Of a stretch of 64,000 nt of DNA, positions 58,982-64,000 are shown piece by piece. A program made the translations under genes and the position numbers. The notes beneath the pieces were generated by a model. It was not told where the DNA came from and searched no databases. It saw only the letters and a list, made by a program, of their open reading frames with translations. Position 1 is the stretch's first letter. Each line of letters begins with the position of its first letter. The stretch is from Alphaproteobacteria bacterium. Its GTDB lineage: Bacteria; Pseudomonadota; Alphaproteobacteria; M2410. The stretch spans positions 65,180 through 129,179 of the forward strand of contig JAUWTJ010000001.1 of NCBI GenBank assembly GCA_030614785.1, read 5' to 3'.

Positions 58982-59947
58982 ATGCTCCATGCCCTGTCTC
59001 TCATCCTTGCCTCTTTCCTTGCGACCATTCGGGACATCCTGCCGATCATCCTGATCCTGGGATTCTTCCAGGTCTTTGTGTTGCGCCAGACAATCCCGAA
59101 CCTGAAAGGTGTCCTGACAGGTTTTCTGATGGTCATCGCAGGCCTGTCACTTTTCCTTGTCGGTCTTGAACACGCACTCTTTCCCCTTGGCGAGATGATG
59201 GCGACGCAGCTGACTGATCCCGCCTTTATTGCGCCGGAGGGAACAGGGGCAGAAGGGCTCAATTGGACTGACTACGGCTGGGTCTATATTTTTGCCGCCG
59301 CCATCGGGTTTTCAACCACCCTGGCCGAGCCCGCCCTCATCGCCGTTTCGATCAAGGCGCGTGATGTCTCCGGCGGCGCGCTTGATCCCATGGGCCTGCG
59401 CCTTGCAGTTGCCCTGGGCGTCTCTTTCAGCGTCGCTCTCGGCGCTTTCCGCATTATCACCGGCACGCCGCTAGCCCTTTATATGGTCTTCGGCTATCTG
59501 ATCGTCATCATCCAGACTGTCTTTGCCTCAAAGACCATTGTCCCGCTGGCCTATGATTCAGGCGGCGTGACCACCTCCACTGTAACCGTACCGCTGGTAA
59601 CCGCGCTCGGCCTCGGGCTCGCAACCACCGTACCGGGGCGCAGCCCGCTGCTTGACGGCTTCGGGCTCATAGCCCTCGCCAGCCTGTTCCCAATGATCAC
59701 CGTAATGGGCTATGCTAAACTGGCAGAAAAAAAGACCCTCGAAAGAATGAGCGGCTTTGTTTCTGCCCTTCTCAACAAGGACCAAGACAATGAAGTTCAA
59801 ACTGATCATGGCGCTGATCTCGGACGAGAAGACGAACGAGGTTTGCAAAGCCGCGAGGACCCTGGGCGCGACGGGGAGCACAGTCATAAACTCGGCGCGC
59901 GGCGAGGGACTGAACCCGGCGAAGACCTGTCTGGGCCTGACGCTTGA
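58982..59947 (+). CDS. DUF1538-family membrane protein (copy 2) with a ~70-aa hydrophilic tail that overlaps the PII-like gene in another frame.
   Basis: Paralog of the previous gene ([24 protein letters not shown]); the ORF continues to 59947. Confidence 0.65.
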   Translation: MLHALSLILASFLATIRDILPIILILGFFQVFVLRQTIPNLKGVLTGFLMVIAGLSLFLVGLEHALFPLGEMMATQLTDPAFIAPEGTGAEGLNWTDYGWVYIFAAAIGFSTTLAEPALIAVSIKARDVSGGALDPMGLRLAVALGVSFSVALGAFRIITGTPLALYMVFGYLIVIIQTVFASKTIVPLAYDSGGVTTSTVTVPLVTALGLGLATTVPGRSPLLDGFGLIALASLFPMITVMGYAKLAEKKTLERMSGFVSALLNKDQDNEVQTDHGADLGREDERGLQSREDPGRDGEHSHKLGARRGTEPGEDLSGPDA

Positions 59948-60140
59948 GGGGCAGGTTGACGTGGCGATCTTTCTCGTCGAGGAGCATCTGGCGCGCACCA
60001 TTCTTGAAGGCATCAGTGAGGCCGGCGGATTTGACAAAAAGCCGGGCAGCGGCATCGCCTTTCAAATGGATATTGAGGACGCCATGGGTTTGACGTCACA
60101 AATTGGAGCCATCAAGGAAGAAATTGAGGATCAGCTATAA
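59790..60140 (+). CDS. P-II-family (GlnB-like) signal-transduction protein (track ORF from 59757; ATG 59790 with AAGGA SD).
   Basis: MKFKLIMALISDEKTNEVCKAARTLGATGSTVINSARGEG matches the PII fold N-terminus. Confidence 0.7.
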   Translation: MKFKLIMALISDEKTNEVCKAARTLGATGSTVINSARGEGLNPAKTCLGLTLEGQVDVAIFLVEEHLARTILEGISEAGGFDKKPGSGIAFQMDIEDAMGLTSQIGAIKEEIEDQL

Positions 60141-60544
60141 TGGAACGCATATACATACCCGTCCGCGACGTCATGACCCCGCAAACCGAACTCGTCAACG
60201 GCCTTGCCACCATGCGCGAGGCTGTGGCCTTGATGAAAAGCAAGGGCATTCATGCTCTCATCGTCGACAAGCGCGACGACACCGATGACTTTGGCCTCAT
60301 TACCGTCAATGAAATCGCAACCGAAGTTATCGAACCGAACCGATCATTGGATCGCACTTCTGTCTATGAATTCATGGTTAAACCAGCACTCTCGGTCCAT
60401 GTAGACAAGAACATTCGCTATGCAATCCGGATTTTATCCCGCTACGGAGAAACCCGCGCGATTGTAACCGAAAACGGTGTGGCCGTGGGATTCGTTACTC
60501 TGGCGGACATGGTGTTTCATTATCTTGATGCGCAGGGCGCATAA
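60140..60544 (+). CDS. CBS-domain pair protein.
   Basis: Two CBS motifs (VRDVMTPQTELVNGLATMREAVALMKSKGIHALIV; VYEFMVKPALSVHVDKNIRYAIRILSRYGETRAIV). Confidence 0.75.
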   Translation: MERIYIPVRDVMTPQTELVNGLATMREAVALMKSKGIHALIVDKRDDTDDFGLITVNEIATEVIEPNRSLDRTSVYEFMVKPALSVHVDKNIRYAIRILSRYGETRAIVTENGVAVGFVTLADMVFHYLDAQGA

Positions 60545-60547
60545 ACC

Positions 60548-61855
60548 GTGACCGGAACTGAGGCAGGTGCCTTCGACGCGATCATTATCGGCGCCGGGGT
60601 GATAGGCTCATCGATTGCGTTCAGTCTTGCCAGAAGCGGCCTCAAAACCCTGAATGTAGACGCCCTGCCTGCGGCGGGCTATGGCTCCACGTCCCACTCC
60701 TCCGCCATTATTCGCCCGTTCTATTCTCATGTCGAAGCCGCGAGTCTCGCCCATGAAGCGCGCCATCGCTGGCTCGGCTGGTCCGCCTTTCTCGGCGCGC
60801 CATCTGACGAGCCGCTCGCCACCTATACCGAGTGCGGCCTGCTCTCTCTCCTCACCGAAGAGGGCGACGACGCGGCGGCGGCCTGCGCAGCCATGACCAA
60901 AGCCGGTGTGCCATGGACGCGCCTTTCACCGCACGATCTTGAAACCCGTTTCCCCGGCATGTCGCTCAAGTCCTTCGCGCCGGTGAAACAACGAGACGAT
61001 GAGAGTTTTGGCATCGACAATGGCGGACGGGTCATTGGCGCGGTCCATGTGCCCGATGCCGGCTTCGTCAACGACCCTGCGCTGGCGGCACAAAATCTCA
61101 AGGCGGCGGCGGAGCGAGGCGGTGCCACATTCCGTTTCAATGCCAAAGTCGTCGGTATCCGCCAGGACAAAAATCGCGTCCTCGGCATCACGCTCGCCGA
61201 TGGCACAAAGATCAACGCGCCCGTCCTCATCAATGCAGCGGGCCCCCACTCCTCGGTCATCAACCAGCTTGCAGGTCAAACGGGTCTCCTGCCCATCGCC
61301 ACCAAAGCCATGCGTCACGAGGTCGTCTATCTGCCCTGGCCGCGCGCACTTGAGAGCACCAGCGCACGCACCATCATCACCGATCTCGATACCGGTGTCT
61401 ACACGAGGCCTGACGGCGCGGACATGCTTGTCGGCACCCTCGACCCGCCGTGCGATACGCCCGATGTTGTCGATCCTGATGATTATAACAACGGATTTAC
61501 CGATCACTGGACGACGCAGGCCTGGCGCGCCGGGCAGCGCTTCCCGGAGCTTGAAATTCCCGAACAGGCGCGCGGCACCATTGGTCTCTATGACGTGTCA
61601 GACGACTGGATCCCGATCTACGACAGATCGGAACTCGGCGGTTACTATCTTGCCATCGGGACAAGCGGCAACCAGTTCAAGAATGCGCCCATGGTCGGCG
61701 ATCTCATGACCCGGATCATTCTTGAATGTGAGGAAGGCCACGATCACGACACGGATCCCTTGACCCTCACCCTGCCGAAACTGCAACGCACGATCAGCCT
61801 CGCACACTATTCAAGGCTGCGCGACGTGCAAAAAACTGCAAATGTCCTTGCTTGA
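60548..61855 (+). CDS. FAD-dependent oxidoreductase (DAO family; sarcosine-oxidase-beta/D-amino-acid-dehydrogenase-like).
   Basis: N-terminal dinucleotide-binding DAIIIGAGVIGSSIAFSLA; GTG start. Confidence 0.75.
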   Translation: MTGTEAGAFDAIIIGAGVIGSSIAFSLARSGLKTLNVDALPAAGYGSTSHSSAIIRPFYSHVEAASLAHEARHRWLGWSAFLGAPSDEPLATYTECGLLSLLTEEGDDAAAACAAMTKAGVPWTRLSPHDLETRFPGMSLKSFAPVKQRDDESFGIDNGGRVIGAVHVPDAGFVNDPALAAQNLKAAAERGGATFRFNAKVVGIRQDKNRVLGITLADGTKINAPVLINAAGPHSSVINQLAGQTGLLPIATKAMRHEVVYLPWPRALESTSARTIITDLDTGVYTRPDGADMLVGTLDPPCDTPDVVDPDDYNNGFTDHWTTQAWRAGQRFPELEIPEQARGTIGLYDVSDDWIPIYDRSELGGYYLAIGTSGNQFKNAPMVGDLMTRIILECEEGHDHDTDPLTLTLPKLQRTISLAHYSRLRDVQKTANVLA

Positions 61856-61865
61856 ATGGTCAGGC

Positions 61866-62144
61866 CTAGGCGCGGCCAAAGGCCATGCCGAGCAGGCTCA
61901 TCAGCATCCGGGCGACAATCACAAAGGTCAGAAAGACCATCTGGGGACCGTTGATCAGGAACCGCACCACATTCATGATCTGGGCATCAATATCGAAGTG
62001 ATAGATCCAGTCCGCAACCTTGTCCCCCCAATCAAACGCGATAAAGAGCCAATCAGGGAAATAGACCCCGAGCACCGCCAGTGCCATGGCCCCCAGGACT
62101 ACTGACAGGAACATGCTGGTTGAAACCCAAAGCAGATTGAGCAT
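61866..62144 (-). CDS. Small hydrophobic hypothetical protein (92 aa, ~3 TM).
   Basis: ORF only; hydrophobic segments. Confidence 0.35.
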   Translation of the reverse strand: MLNLLWVSTSMFLSVVLGAMALAVLGVYFPDWLFIAFDWGDKVADWIYHFDIDAQIMNVVRFLINGPQMVFLTFVIVARMLMSLLGMAFGRA

Positions 62145-62400
62145 GATAAAATCCCCCGATTGAAATGCCGTTGCTGTTTACACACCTGCAGTCTAGCAGA
62201 TATTTTGCCTCTCGTCCAAAGTGCCGACCGGTCGATCAACACCCTGAAATGTCACGCTATTTGGCGACTGCGGCGAAACGAGGGCATGAACCCGTGATTT
62301 CCCTCACACAGTATCATGCGTCAATTGACAGTTCAGGCGCAGCCCGGTCTAATCCTGAAAAAACGATGCACCGCATCGCAGACTATCAGGGGAGAAAAAA

Positions 62401-62853
62401 ATGATCACATTGACTGTCAACGACGAGGAGCACAGCTATGACGGCGATCCTGCAATGCCGCTTCTGTGGTATCTGCGCGACACCCTGGAGCTGACAGGCT
62501 CCAAATATGGTTGCGGAACCGGCCTGTGCGGCGCTTGCACCGTGCATCTGGAGGGCGAGGCCGTGCGCTCGTGCATAACAACCGTCCAGGAAGCCGCAGG
62601 CAAGAGTGTGACCACCATCGAAGGGCTCAGCGAGGCGGGTGATCATCCGCTGCAGGAAGCCTGGTCAGAAGCCAATGTCCCCCAGTGCGGCTATTGTCAG
62701 GCGGGCCAGATCATGCAAGCCGCCTCGCTGCTCAAGACAACCCCTCGCCCCTCCGACGACGAGATCGATGAAGCCATGGAAGGCAACATCTGTCGCTGCG
62801 GCACCTACCAGCGGATCCGCAAGGCGATCCACATCGCCGCGGGAGACAAGTGA
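62401..62853 (+). CDS. (2Fe-2S)-binding small subunit of an aldehyde-oxidoreductase/isoquinoline-1-oxidoreductase-type molybdoenzyme (IorA/CoxS-like).
   Basis: Both cluster motifs: [11 protein letters not shown] (plant-type) and [10 protein letters not shown]...CRCGTYQRI. Confidence 0.85.
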   Translation: MITLTVNDEEHSYDGDPAMPLLWYLRDTLELTGSKYGCGTGLCGACTVHLEGEAVRSCITTVQEAAGKSVTTIEGLSEAGDHPLQEAWSEANVPQCGYCQAGQIMQAASLLKTTPRPSDDEIDEAMEGNICRCGTYQRIRKAIHIAAGDK

Positions 62854-62854
62854 T

Positions 62855-64000
62855 ATGACGAATATTCAAAATTTCAGCCACACTGTAAGTCGGCGCAATT
62901 TGCTCAGGGGCATGGCCGGGTCAGGCGCTTTCGTTCTCGGCGTGAACGTCTCGGGCGGCCTCTCTCTCCCCAAAGCTCTGGGTGCCATTGATGCCAGCAA
63001 AAACCTTGAGCCCAACGTCTGGCTGTCAATCGCCACGTCGGGCGACGTGACCATTGTCGCCAGCCGCTCCGAAATGGGTCAGGGCGTGCGCACCTCCCTG
63101 CCAACGGTTCTGGCAGACGAGCTGGAAGCCGACTGGTCCCGCGTGAAAATCGAGCAGGCTCTCGGCGACGCAAAATATGGCGATCAGGACACGGATGGAT
63201 CCAGAAGTATTCGGCAATTCTATCAAAAGATGCGAGAGGCAGGCGCAACCGCCCGCACCATGCTGGAACAGGCCGCCGCCGAGGTGTGGCACGTTGATGT
63301 CTCAAAAGTCTACGCAAGAAACCATCAGGTCCGGCAGAAAGGTTCTGGAAGACGCCTCTCCTTTGGCGAACTGGCCTCGATTGCCGCAAAACAGGACGTT
63401 CCGGCACTCGAAACACTGAGGCTGAAAGACGCCAAAGACTTCCGCTATATCGGCAAGGATCAAAAGATCGTCGATATGGGCGACATCACCAGCGGCAAGG
63501 CAACTTATGGCGCCGATGTCCGTCTGCCCGGCATGAAATTCGCCGTCATCGCACGCTCACCTGTCTATGGCGGCAAGGTCAAAAGCTACGATGCTTCGGC
63601 AGCCCTCGCCGTCGCCGGTGTTGAAAAAGTGGTCGAGCTTCCCGCTGCCAGTGTCCCGGCCGCGTTCAATCCACTTGGCGGCATCGCAATTGTTGCCTCC
63701 AACACCTGGGCCGCCATTGAGGGGCGCAGCAAGCTTTCCATCGAGTGGGAAGACGGCGCCAATAAGTCGTACAATTCAGACACCTATAAAGCCGCGCTTG
63801 TAGAAGGCACCAAATCGAAAGCCCGTCAGGTCCGCCGCGAAGGTGATTTCAACACCGCCATAGCGGAGGCGGCAACAAGGATCAGCGCAGATTATTATTC
63901 GCCGCACCTGATCCACGCGCCCATGGAGCCACCCTGCGCAATTGCTGATGTGAAGGCTGACAGTTGCGAGATTTGGGCCGCAACCCAGAACCCGCAGCTG
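62855..64000 (+). CDS. Molybdopterin-binding large subunit (IorB-like), Tat signal; 5' partial, runs off the window end.
   Basis: ATG 2 nt after the iorA-like stop; RRNLLRGMAGSGAFVLG twin-arginine signal; open frame to the end of the window (not in the track because it has no stop). Confidence 0.75.
   Translation, partial: MTNIQNFSHTVSRRNLLRGMAGSGAFVLGVNVSGGLSLPKALGAIDASKNLEPNVWLSIATSGDVTIVASRSEMGQGVRTSLPTVLADELEADWSRVKIEQALGDAKYGDQDTDGSRSIRQFYQKMREAGATARTMLEQAAAEVWHVDVSKVYARNHQVRQKGSGRRLSFGELASIAAKQDVPALETLRLKDAKDFRYIGKDQKIVDMGDITSGKATYGADVRLPGMKFAVIARSPVYGGKVKSYDASAALAVAGVEKVVELPAASVPAAFNPLGGIAIVASNTWAAIEGRSKLSIEWEDGANKSYNSDTYKAALVEGTKSKARQVRREGDFNTAIAEAATRISADYYSPHLIHAPMEPPCAIADVKADSCEIWAATQNPQL

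Noticed and set aside
1-64000. CRISPR arrays, IS elements or transposases, prophage genes
   Set aside because: No short regularly spaced direct repeats and no transposase, integrase or phage structural homologs were seen on either strand.

Overview
High-GC (~58-60%) chromosomal segment that looks alphaproteobacterial from its gene content, its che operon organisation and a tRNA-His without G-1. Positions 22-16032 on the minus strand form one ~16 kb, 14-gene chemosensory operon with overlapping or tightly spaced stops and starts. Its order is STAS-cheY-cheA-cheW-MCP(3xPAS)-cheR-cheD-cheB-soluble MCP, then an embedded partner-switching module (STAS antagonist, REC-PP2C phosphatase, RsbW-like GHKL kinase), a membrane hybrid HK-REC-HPt and a terminal frameshifted CheY-like regulator. 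Three globin paralogs lie near or after it (16.4 kb, 37.9 kb, 38.8 kb); one is fused to only the hairpin tip of an MCP signalling domain. The rest is mostly ordinary metabolism and housekeeping: alpha/beta hydrolase, PAS histidine kinase, AsmA, GGT, NhaC, CYP153-like P450, S9 peptidase, amidase, thiolase plus DUF35, MarR, a DUF1538-DUF1538-PII-CBS cluster, and IorA/IorB-like molybdoenzyme subunits. The most unusual locus is a lower-GC (~48%) insertion at ~54.8-58.0 kb. It encodes a single 1021-aa protein whose N-terminus is an unambiguous MTA/SAH-nucleosidase (Pfs/PNP_UDP_1) fold fused to ~780 aa of unknown, mostly helical sequence, bounded by conspicuous palindromic elements; I flag it as a candidate undescribed effector-sensor (defence-like) system. 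There are two apparent frameshifts (the terminal response regulator and a Rieske oxygenase alpha subunit), one tRNA-His, and no CRISPR arrays, transposases or integrases.
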